NCBI GenBank assembly: GCA_051362555.1
Contig: CM120644.1
Span: 10,376,567-10,440,566 of the forward strand
DNA from: Lingula anatina
Lineage: Eukaryota; Animalia; Brachiopoda
Direction of reading: 5' to 3'
DNA: 64,000 nucleotides
Positions 38,520-52,100 of the stretch are shown here, piece after piece. The first letter of the stretch is position 1; each line of letters begins with the position of its first letter. The position numbers and the translations under genes were made by a program. The notes under the pieces are model-generated. The model searched no databases. It was not told the DNA's origin and worked only from the letters and a program-made list of their open reading frames with translations.

Positions 38520-40220
38520 TTGTCTGGCTGGCTGGCTGACTAGCTGGCTGACTGTTGCACATTGCATTTTTGAAAATGTAAAATACCAAGTACATTAACT
38601 GATTTGTAATTGTAGCTGATATTTGATAATCTGGATGACTAGCAAAGTGATTACTTTACGGTTTATTTGATTCATCCCCATCATTATACATGTAGTTTCA
38701 TTTTTTTTTTCAAATGATAGCTACATTGCCCATCCTTCATGTTGGTCTCTGGCTGAATCATACTCCAATAATTAGCGTGATTCGATCAAACAACAATATA
38801 TACCCAGGATAGATTTTATTTACATTCTGGTGTTCCCATGGTCTTTCACGCCTCAGTTTGTCATTGAATCAAGTCATATCAATGAAACCTGTACATCAAT
38901 ACCCTAAACTGACAAATAATCATTTAGTGATTTTGTCCGCGGGCTTGAAGAACATGTATGTCTGTTAGTTCTATTGCCAATTTCTTACTAAAATAGCATA
39001 TTAGCTGGGGTTCAGAAGTATGTCACTTTAGGTTATATTGGAGTAAAGTACAAATTAAGTACCACAAGTCCACGTTCCCCGGTACCGGTAAATTGTACCG
39101 TAACGGACACTGTCTGCATGCGCTGTTTTATCACTTTTCTCGTATATCATGTACATGTACATCACACATGTGATACATTACGCCGATGTTACAGGAATGG
39201 AAATCCGTTAGGAACCGTAGTCCGCTTCCCATTATGTGCTTTGTACAGGTGACATTTGTCCCATATTCTAACTCCAATACTTCAACTGTAGTTATCATAT
39301 GGGGGGGGGGGGGGGGGGGGGGGCGGACTTCCATTCCTAGGACAACCATTCCTGTCTCACTGGGTATCACACGCTGTCAGCAGCCTGTCAGGACTCATGT
39401 TGCATCCCAAATTCCCCGGGGCCTGCGGGATTCTCAGATCCAGAACAGGCAATTACCAAAACGTGGATTGTGAAGTTTGGAAGAAGAGTGTGCCGATAAT
39501 GCATATTACTTACATTCTGCTGGATTCAGCTCAAAAAAAAAAAAAAAAAAAAAAAAAATAGCACTGCACTACCGGATTAAAGAATCAACCAACAATTCCA
39601 GACGATAGTCGCAGTTGGATCTTGTTTAGTAATTTAGATAATGGATGAGCCAAGGACACGAATCGAGCAAACGTTTTATTTCAATTTATATACTGGGTTG
39701 CAAAAAAAAAAAAAAAAAAAAAAAAAACTCTTGCAATGTTAAACAGTAAGTATCATGTGTATTTGATGAGGTAGCTGGCAGTTTTCAACGTTTATATTTT
39801 TCTGACTGTATTTCATAACCTTTGATGTTCATAAAACGTTTGTTAACGTATGATTTCCCGAATAATGATTGTATAAAGAATATCGATCTGACACAATTAT
39901 GAAGTAAACAGGTACTTGTTAGTTTGTAGCATGGTATTCTTGACTACCAAGCTTAATATTTTATATACTATCTAAAATGTATGACTCTCTCTCGCTGCTT
40001 ATTGACTTTTTTCACTTCTACATAATGCACACAAAAAGTGCTTTGATCAGCGTTATAAAGAGCGTTAGCACCTCGGACACTTAAAACGTATGTGAGGTAT
40101 TCAGACTGGGGTAAATTTTTGATCAGTTATACGCATATCGTAATATGGGAATATATATTATAAAATTTAAATATTTGTTAAAAACAAAATTCATATTCAT
40201 GTAATTATAATAATTTTTTT

Positions 40221-40615
40221 TTTACCCACAAAAGAGGATATGCTTTTGGTTTCATGCTGTCTGTCACTCTCAGGGTGGCTGTATGGCTAGCTTTTAGCAA
40301 CATTATGCAAAAAGTATAGACGTGTCATGATGGAATGCTTAGAAACAGTCGGAACCAAAGTAACTCACAGATACAGGTAGATGTGTTAACTTGCAATTTT
40401 ATTTCGAAAAGTGGCAGACGGCTTTTGTTGACATTGTCACGGCAGGTCAGTGAGAATTTTGGGATGATTAGTCAATTATTTAGTGACTTGTATATTAATA
40501 TGTAATTATTCATAATGAGAATTGAGCAATTTTATTAGTCAGTTAAATAAAAAAAATACAATCGAGGTGTTTGGGTGGATGTCTGCGCCCTGCAGGTAGG
40601 CTCTGCAGGTACTAC
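40221..40615 (+). mobile_element. Decayed Helentron-associated (HINE/DINE-like) non-autonomous element
   Basis: T-run then ACCCAC..GAGGATATGCTTTTGG..GTCTGTC..TTAGCAACATTATGCAAAAAGTA, with 3' end TTGGGTGGATGTCTGCGCCC. The layout resembles such elements as I recall them; not database-checked. Confidence 0.55.
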
Positions 40616-41310
40616 TATTATTATTAACATTATTATTATTAACTAAAGGACTTCATGTGAAGGCATCGTTTATGTCACTTCCTCAGTCTATGTCTATCTG
40701 TCCAGTGTCATTGGCTTTTTAAAGTTGAATCTTTCATCTGCTCCTTGTTTTTTTTCTGCCCCACCATCAATCTTGGATCATTTTAATCAAACCAGTGAAG
40801 CAATGACAATTAGAATATCCTAACCATCGATGAAAAGGCGACTTAATTAATTAATTGCATTATCTTGCTGGCTAACAAGTTGGCGTTATCCCCGGGGAAT
40901 GTTGTATTTTATTGGTTCTTAATGCATTGTGGCTGATAGAAAAGGAACATCAAAACGGTTTAAAAAGGAAAAGAAACTAATTAAGCCCTAATCAAGTCTT
41001 GAAAACTACCGTTATATGACGTTGTTAGTCGACGGAATGGAAATTGCAATGTTTTGTTGCACTTAACAATAATATTGGGTTGTTCGAATTGATGAATGAT
41101 GCATTGCAGAGTACATCAATTCAACACTACAACTAGGCTATTTTACGACACTTACATTTCAGTGACAATATGATATTTTAGCGTGACAACATTGAAACCA
41201 ATATCAGTAACGGCTTGGCAACAAATACATGACTGTAGTACAGCACCATTATGGAGGGTGTGAAGTTGATTGGGTGTATACTAAACGCGTGGCGCGCGTG
41301 TGTTTTTGTC

Positions 41311-41327
41311 TGTGTGTGTGTGTGTGC

Positions 41328-41392
<65 letters not shown>

Positions 41393-41433
41393 TGTGTGTG
41401 TGTGTGTATGTGTGTGTACGCGCGTGTGTGTGT
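41311..41433. repeat. Compound (TG)n(AG)n(TG)n microsatellite
   Basis: Direct reading. Confidence 0.95.
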
Positions 41434-41625
41434 TTCCAATTCGCAAGATTGCATCCAACTGTTTAGGCCAATCACAATAAACATGTTAAGTGGCCGCAAA
41501 AGGCAAAGAGGCTCCCTTTCAGTGACTTCCTTACGTAATATACGGATTTTCATGTTGTTTATATCTTCAGTTTGTGAGGTGCTGTCCCGCTCGCTGTGAA
41601 AATCATTAATTATTTTATTGCACAA

Positions 41626-41705
41626 CCCAGCAAACGCAGAATGTTATTATAACGTTACCGTAACGATTTTATAACAAAAAAATCGTTATGATAACGTTAT
41701 AAAGC
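41626..41705 (+). mobile_element. CCCAGCAAAC-terminus MITE fragment with AACGTT-type subterminal repeats
   Basis: CCCAGCAAACGCAGAATGTT..ATAACGTT.. has the same terminus as the 25345 element; no partner end seen. Confidence 0.5.
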
Positions 41706-42280
41706 ACTCTGTGGAATCCCCCCCCGTTCCGTCTGTGACACTTTAATTACATATGTGTACAGTGACTTTGGTACTGGGTATCACATATGGACATTGTTGT
41801 GTCAATTCTACGGAAAGCAAGTTGGTGGACGGGGTAAATGCTTGTAAAATGTGCATATTTGATCGCCTGTTTGGATTCGATTCACTTGTCTCTGAGACAA
41901 CGGTCAAGCTAATGATGTGCCTTTGATTGTAGTGGTTTATTGTTCTACAAATATATATTAGAGAGCATGACTTTCACGTGTAGTTATTTCAGTTATGATG
42001 TCTCATGTTAACGTAAGTGTATGGTATTCTTAATTTACATGCCGATAGATAAGGATTCTGCATGCTTGTGACGTGTCCAATTTAAAATTGTCGACATTAA
42101 GGCAAAAATACTCAGAAATGCATTTGTCTCTTTATTTTGCTGGGAAAGAAAGAACGAAAGTCCCTGGTAATCTAGGCATGAGTAATTCCGAGGATGATGA
42201 TTTTAACAAATCGTGACTGACGTTATACTTTCCCATAAAATGGAGACACGAGGGAATAGTGTAATGAAATTAAGCGCTTT

Positions 42281-42495
42281 ATTGGAGTTTTTTATTGGCG
42301 TCATTTGTAGCGTATTTCCGCCGTAGACACAGCGTCAATAACTATAAAAAGCGGTTTGTTTATTTAACTGTTTTATATCATGGTCCGCTGAGGAATCCGG
42401 GCGTTAAGATGCTACAAAGACGCGACATCGGTTGAAATCAGGCTGCACTGGAGAGGATTTATTGAGAACAGAAGTTGGGCTAAAAAAGAAAAGAG
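42281..42495 (+). promoter_or_regulatory. Candidate CCAAT/TATA promoter and first exon
   Basis: Two ATTGG boxes (~42281, ~42294), TATAAAAA at 42343-42350, a GC-richer leader, and donor GAG|GTGCGA at 42495 or AG|GTACCG at 42532. Confidence 0.45.
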
Positions 42496-45325
42496 GTGCG
42501 ACATTGATTCACGTAGGAATAGCAATAAGTAGGTACCGGTTCACTTCTAACTTTATCTTTACGCCTCTGCTGCGTTAAGAAATAAAAAACGCGCGAAATC
42601 AGAACAGTGTATTTTCAAACACTAGCTATAAGTGTATATCAGCATAATTGAAACCCTTAGGCAAAAGCAAACACAATTTTTAAAGTTGAATATGAGAGAG
42701 AGAGCGAGAGAGAGAGAGAGAGAGAGAGAGATTCACGATAAGGAAGTTTCAAGTCATCAAGATGCAAACATAACGCCCCACATACTATTATAGTTCATTA
42801 CGCTGAAACAGAGGCGAGAAGAAGGGTTTTATAATTAACAACGGCTTACATGTATGAGCAAGTTAGTAGACGTAGAAAGGCTCAACATTTCCCTAGCCTG
42901 CGCATCTGTAGTTTACACTGATGTCTATGATGTTGTACAAATGCACCTCTGTTCCTTAAGTATGTTTTGCATAGTTGCATCGATTTGATCCTAAAACCGT
43001 GGTTTATGGTAGACCGTATGCCATTTTTTTAAAATTCAATTTAATTTAATATAAGTACTCGTCATTTTCTTAAATCTACTCGATTTTAAATTGACTGTTA
43101 GTGTAAAGCTACTTCTTAAAGGACTCACTTTGAAATGGTGGCATCATGTCGTCGAAATAAGTGCGTAAACATCAATGTTATTGGAATGATTTTACATGTA
43201 GATAGTTTTACTTCAGTTAGTAATTTGATTAACCGACAAACAGCTAAGAAGTAATCACTGACGTAAACCTTCTGATGCCTTAACTATGTGTGTTTTAATT
43301 AAAATGCTAAAATTCACTATTAATTCTTTTATTTTATTTGCCTGTTTGTTTGTTTGTCTGTTTACTTGTTATTATTACATGTATAAACGAATGATACTGT
43401 CAGAAAGGTCGCTTTCATATCATATAATATATGTATAACCAGCATCATTGTTCAAAGCTATATTCAATCGTTTGTTCCTCGTTCACTTACTGAAGGTTGG
43501 CATACAAAATGAACAGAAGAAGAAAACGTCTTCAAAACGGCATTATTTTGGGCAGATATCCTGTGAATTAACATGTGGTAAAAAATCGGAGTCTGAAGAC
43601 CGATACTAGTGTCACTTCGTCGCACGTGTCGTTAACAGTACATGGGGAATGGTAGACTAAAATATATGCCCATGTATTATGATGTACAGTATTTTTCATG
43701 AAAGAGTAATTTTACTTAAGCCGAATTGTGTGTGTGATATGCGAGAGAGAAGGGTGCCAAATAATTGCTGTTAATATCTAGTCTTACATGTAATCATTAT
43801 GTGCAATTTCATTTAATAACCGGAGCGGAACCATTTGAGATTCGGAGATTATTAAAATGTCCCCTTGGCGTCAGAAGTGCTATTGCGTTACCTGTTCGCA
43901 ATCAGTTAATCGGGAATATAGGTTATGAATTCTGTACAAACGGATATAGCTCAGAATGTTCCACTTGGAAGTGTCCATGATCGCGCGTGAAGTGCAATGT
44001 GCCGTTTAATTGGAAACGCATGAACACGTCATGTTAGGTTATTTTTGAAATAATAATAGAACTGTTATCTAACTTGAAAAAATATGTCCACATCTATTCA
44101 TTCAAAACTTTTTTCGCGTTAATGGAAGTTTATTCGCACCAGCTCCATTTATCCGTGTGATACAATGACTAAAATCTAATTTATCCCACGAGATTCGTGA
44201 GAACCAAAGCCAGATTAGTTTTTTTTTCATCGAGTTCAAATACAGTTATAACAGATGCAGATGACGAGGATTGGATTTTTTCAAAGAACTGAAACTATTT
44301 GATGACAAAAGGCATAGAAATGAGAGACAAACACGATAAGTCTTCTTTTCCTGCGTCCGCAATGAAAGAGGAAACGAACGATTTCATTATCTCATACAGA
44401 TGCTTAATAATGAGGTGTATTGGTAGGTCACATTATTGTTGACGATTTTTGATTACATTATACTTCCTTACAGACCTAACCATATATATCTAATGTAATC
44501 AGTGTACTTCGCGAGAACTTTATCTCTTCGATATATATTCGATATCATCTACTTGTCAGAAAAAATATATTAAAGTGGCATTAGTTTGCACGTTTATTAC
44601 ATATAAAATGGCATCATGTTTGAAAAAGAATGAACGTAATTTAATAAACGTTGCCATCCCACCTCGGCACTTTCCCTTGGAAACGTAGTTAGCTTTCGTC
44701 AGGTAATTCCATCCATTTAAATGAAAACTCTAATCTTATTATGGCCGTGTAAATTAAATGTGTCGCACAGTAAATCAACCCTGGGTTCATCTAATGTTAC
44801 TTATTAGTGGAAGTGTCATTTGACGGATGTTTCAAAAATTGAACTAGGCGTCCCACAGGGCAGGCGTCAGGTGTCACGTCCCTGGGGCAGTATCGGAATG
44901 ACTTTGTGTCCATTTCTAGTTTGGTCATATCCCCATGGCAACGACTGTTAACACGCTTCCAGATTCATTGCGTGGCTATCAGTCACGCTGTACTGTATTG
45001 GTTCCGATTGCAGTTCAAGCAGAGTTTAGATCATGTAATCATGTTAATAGTAGCTTGGGTTATTTTGAGACCAAATACCATAATCAATACAAATTGATTA
45101 TTATAAGTAACATTGTCCTGTTAGTGTTCGTACATTTCCGTTTTAACTTACAGCTTACACTCATTTTGTGTACCTGTGTCGGCATATACGGCAATTCCGG
45201 GTAACTTTGAGAATCAAGCAGTTTAGAGACGACTGAAAATTCGTGTATGTTGTCATTCGACCTCTGAAAGACTCGACACTGATTTAAAATTTGTCATACT
45301 CAAAAGAACGAAACCATACAATACC

Positions 45326-45327
<2 letters not shown>

Positions 45328-45400
<73 letters not shown>
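45328..45400. repeat. (AT)n microsatellite
   Basis: Direct reading. Confidence 0.95.
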
Positions 45401-45403
<3 letters not shown>

Positions 45404-46741
45404 ATAGTAATTAACACATGTACACTGCTAATTTGTATCATGTTGACATTTTGGTACATGTAAGACTCATGACTCATCAAGTAAGTTCAAAGTGACTTCC
45501 TGCAATAATTACAAATGCATTGTTCAATGTGCAAGTCCACGAAATATGTAGCAGTATGTGGTAAACTTATTTTTCAGCCAACATGTAAAGTAATCAACAA
45601 ATGACCACGATTTGCGTTGTGTCGTGCTACCTTTCGTGACTGTATAAATACCTCGCGTAAACATGTTCCCATTACTAATCCCTTGATAGGGATTGCATGC
45701 CGTAACTGTGTGTCACTGAATGGTCGAAGTTATCCCAATATAAACATCGACATCGGTACTAGTGGCTTTATCTTGACTTTGCTGTTTTTTTAATTGTTGC
45801 TTGATTTGCGCAGTGCACTTAATTCCCTGTATAATATAGAAATCTACATTTTTGTGACGAAAATAAATATCGTTGTAATAGGATGGGATACCGGGGCCCA
45901 ATACACTTAGCTGTACTAATGAATGATGGTTAGTGAAAGTATCCGTGTGAATAGGAGTACGTTATGAAATATCCATCACCTGTTCTAAATATGGAGAATT
46001 GACCGATCTTGTAGCCGACTACCGTTCATTACATATCCCTTTATTATTATTATTATTTTTAGGGGGGGGGGGTCCGGTAGCGTGTTTACTTTTGTTGAAA
46101 GGTTTTGACAAATGTTTCATTTCGTCTTAATGTTTAAGCGTTAACAATGTTAATATCTCCCAACTATTTCCATGCATATTACACATGTGAATGCTTGCCA
46201 AAAATAATATAGAACGCGTTAAAGATGAAATTGGCGGACATGTGTTTAGGAGAAAGAGAGCAGAAAGACTGGTTTATATATATATATATATGTATGTATG
46301 TGTGTACGATGCGACCCCCCTTCCCCATAAAAAGGAAGGCAAACATTAGCAAATATACACGTATAACGGTAAAATTGGGACTTCAGCTGCAGCTGTGCTA
46401 GTAAATGAACTTAGGGAGATATTGCTACTTACTCATTACTTAATAAAAACAAAACAGTTTATCAATATCCAACACAGATACCCAGCATTCGTAACACATA
46501 TATTATACATTTACCCACGACACCAATTGCCAGATCAGCGTTGTGTTTCCGACATTACCCGTGCGCCGTAGATGCAATCTCCCTTTGATGCTGGATGTAC
46601 AAGTTCTAGAGATCGATTGTACACGCCTTCGTGGGTAGTCAGCCAGTCGCGCTCTGCTACAGCAGTAAATCATTGTGCAACACTGGTTCTGCTCTCTTTT
46701 TGTGTGAGTTATTCATAATGTTTGCGTTATTCCTTTTGCAG

Positions 46742-46829
46742 ATTTAATTCTTTCGAGTCTGCGGGAATTGGTCACACGGACCGGAGCTGAGGCTGGGGTA
46801 CTGTAATCAGCTGCAGTGCGGATTCCTCG
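46742..46829 (+). other. Candidate 88-bp internal non-coding exon
   Basis: Acceptor tccttttgcag| and donor TCG|GTAAGT; stops in all three frames. Confidence 0.6.
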
Positions 46830-48279
46830 GTAAGTATTTTGGCACTATTTGATCAATTAAATGACTTGTATTAACGCTGACGGAATCAGAGGAGTGCCCA
46901 GCGGATAGTTCCCTTCTCTCACCCTCCCCAAGGAAAATGTGAAGAGCGGAACAAGGCAAACCCAAGCATTTCTGTAAAATGTCTACTGTTTTATTTTTGA
47001 TTGGCATTTTTTTCTAATCCTTGCTCTCCACCCTCATTAGACAAACCTGCTACGATCATAATGACGGGAGCCGGTACTCATTTCGAGTCACTTTAAGATG
47101 CGCAAGGTCCTCCTTGTTTCTCTTTTGGTTACCTCGAAATCATGATTCATACATGTACGTATCTCTTTTATTGACGGATCTTTTTTTCTGGACGAGTAAG
47201 AGAACTACATGACATTGGTATGTTTGGTTTGGTACTCTCCCAGCCCCCGCCAACACGGTAAATACTAGTATGTAAATGGTGAGAAACTTCTGGCGGACCC
47301 AGGGGTTTACTTAAAGGGGATAACAAGGGTAATTATCCCAACTGAAGCAAAAATAGCAAAAATTTTATTTCGTAAAATGTAAAAAAAGGTCACAGAGATG
47401 GAGGATGGCATGGAATTGCCTTAATTATTTTACTTGTTATCCAAAGTGACGGAGAATGTGTAAAAAAATGTACCTCCGACATTGAGAAGGAGGCTTTCGC
47501 CTGTGATCCAACCCACCCCCAAACCCCACCCCCAAACCCCACCCCCACCTCCGCCTCACCCCAATACACCCCATCCCGTGCTGAATGTACATTTATTACA
47601 TTTACGTTATTTCTCACCAATACTAGTAGGCCAATACCATGAACAAGGTATCATGACCAGCTGGGTCAAATAAACTTAACTTGCCATAACCCAGACCTAT
47701 TTTCTGTCAGATGAAATAAACCGATACGTCTATTTCCACGGCATAAGACCTGGGTCTGCCAGATATGGTACGTGTTGTGAACTGAGGTTTGTTATTGACT
47801 ATCACTAATTACCCATGTTTTGATGCTCTATTGGTCTGGAATAAACAAGCATTGTACACTTACAAAACACTATATGAAATGATGAATAGGTGCATGGTTG
47901 TATAGTAAGCATAGCTTCCGTATGCTATACTGGTACATTGTATTATAACAATGGATTTTACTCTTGGATGAGTTTATTTGTATGTCCGAAGTGTCTTCGC
48001 TGTAATCATGCGTCGTTCCCTTGTTATAGTGCATCCGCAGCTGCGCGGGACTCATTGTTTCACTGCTCCGTAATTACAAGCACCCGAAGGCGCGCAGTAT
48101 GCTCTCTTTTTGAGTCGTTTCTGTAACGCTATGGGTCACTGTGCCTCTCATTTCCGTTCAAAATGGTGCTGAGCGACAAGTATGTAATTGATTGACGATA
48201 TACTTGTTTGTTCGGACCCTGTTTTATTTATTTTTAACAGACCAGTGAAAAATCCATTGCCTGATGCTCCTTTCTTTTC

Positions 48280-48364
48280 ACTCTCTCTCTCGCTTTTTGT
48301 CTCTTCCTCTCTCCCCCACCCTTCCCCCTCTCTTTCTCTCCCTCTCCCCCTCTCACTCTCTTTG

Positions 48365-48402
<38 letters not shown>
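48280..48402. repeat. CT-rich polypyrimidine tract / (CT)n
   Basis: Direct reading. Confidence 0.9.
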
Positions 48403-48404
<2 letters not shown>

Positions 48405-49004
48405 GCTTACCCATACTCTGCCGCCCTCTCGATCAATTATGACCCGTTCGAAATGAGTTGATTATGTCTGTATTGAACTCTCTCGCCAATGAAGCGCAGT
48501 GAATGCAGTTCAAATACATGTCAGTCAGCGTTTCATGTTGCATTAAAGTGTGGTATGATACGCGTTTCATTAGTACAAACGGATGAGAATTCTGAACACG
48601 TATGTTATCATGCCCAGCCGGTAAAATAAATGCGGTTTAAATGCGTGCTTGGTTTCGTGATTGGTTTTGGGGAATTTACACGATGTGGTGATGCTCATCT
48701 GGAGTATTTCCCGCTGAATTATTTTACTGTTTTGTATTATTTATTTCTTTATTTTTTTCTTTATTTAGACCTATTTAGACCAAGCCGTACCCGCATCGGT
48801 ATTGAAATATATAGGGAGATGGACAACTTGACAATATGTAACATTAAACAAAGTCTGACCCTTATATTTCACGCTCCAGTATATGTAGAAGTACTATTTA
48901 AAAATAGATAGCACTAAGCATAACATGTTTTGGCCACGATTTGATGTAGACGTTCTCACTCCTCGCCGTCGTATGGCGCGCTGAAAGCTAGCATACACTG
49001 TACA

Positions 49005-49170
49005 TCTTTCACCGCTAGTGCCAAGTTTACCCCGCTTCAACCCCTCAGTGCTGAGTGCTTAGCGGGGAGACAGCAGTTACCAACTGGCAGTGGTACATGT
49101 TTTGGCATGTCGAAGCCACGTCTTCCACTCTGGAGGTGGACACTCTGAGCACAAAACCATCCGGCCGTAG
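49005..49170 (-). mobile_element. MetaSINE/MESC-like tRNA-derived SINE, decayed
   Basis: The plus strand has GCTGAGTGCTTAGCGGGGAG..TTTTGGCATGTCGAAGCCACG..GAGGTGGACACTCT..CAAAACCATCCGGCCG. This is the reverse complement of a tRNA head plus a Meta-like core, judged from memory of the consensus. Confidence 0.6.
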
Positions 49171-52100
49171 AAGAATTACTTAAAATAAACGCAGCTCTCG
49201 CGCTAGACACCGTAAGTTAACTGGGCTTGTTTTGACTGGTGCCTCACCAGGTTGTTCTACAGCCCAAACAGCTAGAAGCAAGTTTTTAAAAGGGAGTACC
49301 CCCCCCCCCTTTCCGGATCCCCGTGACGTCATCACCAGAAGGCCGGTCTAAGTGTTCAATTTTTGAAATGCATGTTGATATATGTACACGAACCTTACAA
49401 TGTGACAAGACACCTAATTTGTCTTTTCAACGGGTCATTTAATTCCCGACAGTAAACTACCACTGTTATATGTTTGTGCATGATACTATAGCCACACACA
49501 GCTCACGACGTTAGATTCCTCGAAAATTAATATATGAAAATGACAACTACCATTACTGCTAGGTAACGTAGGAAACAAGGACTGATCAGATGACGGAGAC
49601 ACCCTTTTCTAAGTTTAAAAGTCTCCGAATTTAAAAACGTTGTAGGGTAATAACCTAGCTCGCTATATATATATTCTAACATAAAAACGCAAAGCTTTTA
49701 TCTCAACTTTAGTCTGTTTCACTCATGGGTAAAACAATTAATTCCACTCCTGATGTGTCAGATAACGCGTGCTTCATTCACGCGACGCACATCATGTTGT
49801 GGGTAGTGGCGTTTATCAAATCCCGTGAGATTTGTTGAGCTGTCAGTAGACAATTCGTTGAATATTTTATGACTGTTACGCTGTCATTACTCAGAACATC
49901 GAAACAATAGTTGCTATTTCCATGGTCAATTTTTCCATTTCATTGCCAACGGTATGATTCTCAAAACGCGGTGAGAGCTTGTACATGAAACCCGTGGTAT
50001 TGAAGATAAATTGGAAACCTTGAATATGATCAATTGTTAGAATTGCTGGGCGTTGGGTAATATGTTTATTCGGAGAAGCTAGAGTCTAGAGGGTTACTTT
50101 AACTGAGTTGTTCTTTACAAGAGCTGACTTTTTGCCGTCCCTCTTCATGCTTACTTAATGATTGTAACAGTAACGAGACAGCGTGTACTGGTACCAGTTA
50201 AGAAATCTAACATAACAATTAAAATGTGCCTGTTGACGCTCAATCCGATTCTTCATCATATTCTTGTCTCTGGATGTGTTTTATCGCTTACCATAGATGT
50301 CCTAACAACCATGCGTCTAAGATATTAACTTTGATTCATTCCACCCTAAAGTGTGCATCATTCGGCAATCTCGTTTTCTCACGCGTGAGCAAGAGTGTTG
50401 TCTCTTGTTAGGAGAAGAGGCATTGCAAGAGTGTAAAGGGTCATTCAATAATACCATTCTCCTCCTTGGAATTGTCATTCCCAAATTATGATATGGTGGT
50501 AAACAAATACTTTTCGCCGTGATGGTTATGATTTCCCAACACGAAAGGAATCCCATCCTCTTGTGATGATTTAAGATTGAAGAAAAAATAACAAAATAGG
50601 GAAATGTCCAATGATATCAAGCAATCAACCAATCACTTAAGTTTCTACATGGAAAGAGCTGCATTGTAACCAGATATAAGCCTAGTTCGTTAAAACACCG
50701 ATTGAAAACCGCTTTGGGAACAGAACAAGCTGTCGCATTTGGCTTCCAACAGGTTTGTGTATATTTCAAACCAAATTAGCGTCAGGCTGAAAGTAAATTA
50801 TAAATATGAAATCGACTCCTAGTTTCTGCAGAGCACTATCCCGTTGCCATTAACTTTGGCCACTGAGTGACCTTTCCTTCCAACGTCAGGTACTTCTTGA
50901 TGTACAGCGACAGTGCAAGACGCCGGCGTGCCACCCATCATATTGGTAATGGAAGCTGAAAATGAATTGGTACATTAAAATACAGCGAAAGTGAAATCCC
51001 ATGTTTACACGAAAAAGTTCTCAGGTTGTATCCTACACGTAGAGTCTCATGTCTAGACGTTATTTCCGTCCGACCAAAGGAATACAATACGAGCCCTTCT
51101 TAATATCATGTTTACGTCTGCTACTCTTTAATTGTGGTGGGTTAGTTGGGGAAGGGGGAAGCCACTTGACAAATTTGTTGAAACGCTTGCTGTTAAAATC
51201 ATTTTTCTTTTATATCGGTTGTTCAGTGTTGACGTCTAGCTGTTAACAAGAAAGTATCGGGCATTTAGAGCCAAATATTTTGAAATTTTTAAATATGCCC
51301 CAGTGAAATTCGGAATTCTGTATATATTCTTCTGTATGTCTTCAGAATAATTGCGTTAGGTCTTGGTGGAGGCAGGCATAAAGGTCGAAAACAATAACAG
51401 TTATAACAACAGTAATAATAATAATAATAATAATGATAAAAAATAATGTTATCGCATTCCACGTACGCTCATAGCGTGGCTAGTAACTGACAGCTGTCAT
51501 CAAGTAGTCCTGGAATCCTATCAACAAACCTACCGTCAGCATTTTGTTAGAAAAGTAATATTTCCGTGGCGTATTACAGCAACGGTCTACATATTATTCC
51601 ATTGCTTAAGGTATACGGAACTCTGCATTATAAGCAGTCGAACTTGATGGCTTAGGATAAGTAAAAAGATTGTCTCACCTGGCATACCGTACTAAAAATG
51701 CCATTGTTTTTTTGTTAACTTTTTGCTCTATTGTATGGCGGATGTATAATTTAATTTTATGTTGTTACTATCCCCCATCTTGTAACTTAGTATCATACAT
51801 GTATTACATTTAATAAATGACAATATCAGTCATATGGACTTATTTCTTATTTAATTTTGAGCAAAAACTGAGCTTCGTTGTGCTTGTGAGTATTTGGCTA
51901 CATAAAGATGTTTGTTCACCAAAACAACGGCACTTGTACGACGGCGAAACGTTATTGCATTTTTGATACTTTACAGGATATGACAATACACCGCCTCCAA
52001 GCTGATAAAATATAAACATTGATCTTATTTCGGAAAAAAATGATGATTGTTTTTTTAATGACGAAAACGTTAATCTTCTTTTGTTCTTTTTCTATGTGGT

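Noticed and set aside
41229-41625. Overlapping ORFs with CVCV/ERER/THTH runs (similar ORFs at 11868, 45253 and 48148-48461)
   Set aside because: These are translation artefacts of microsatellites.
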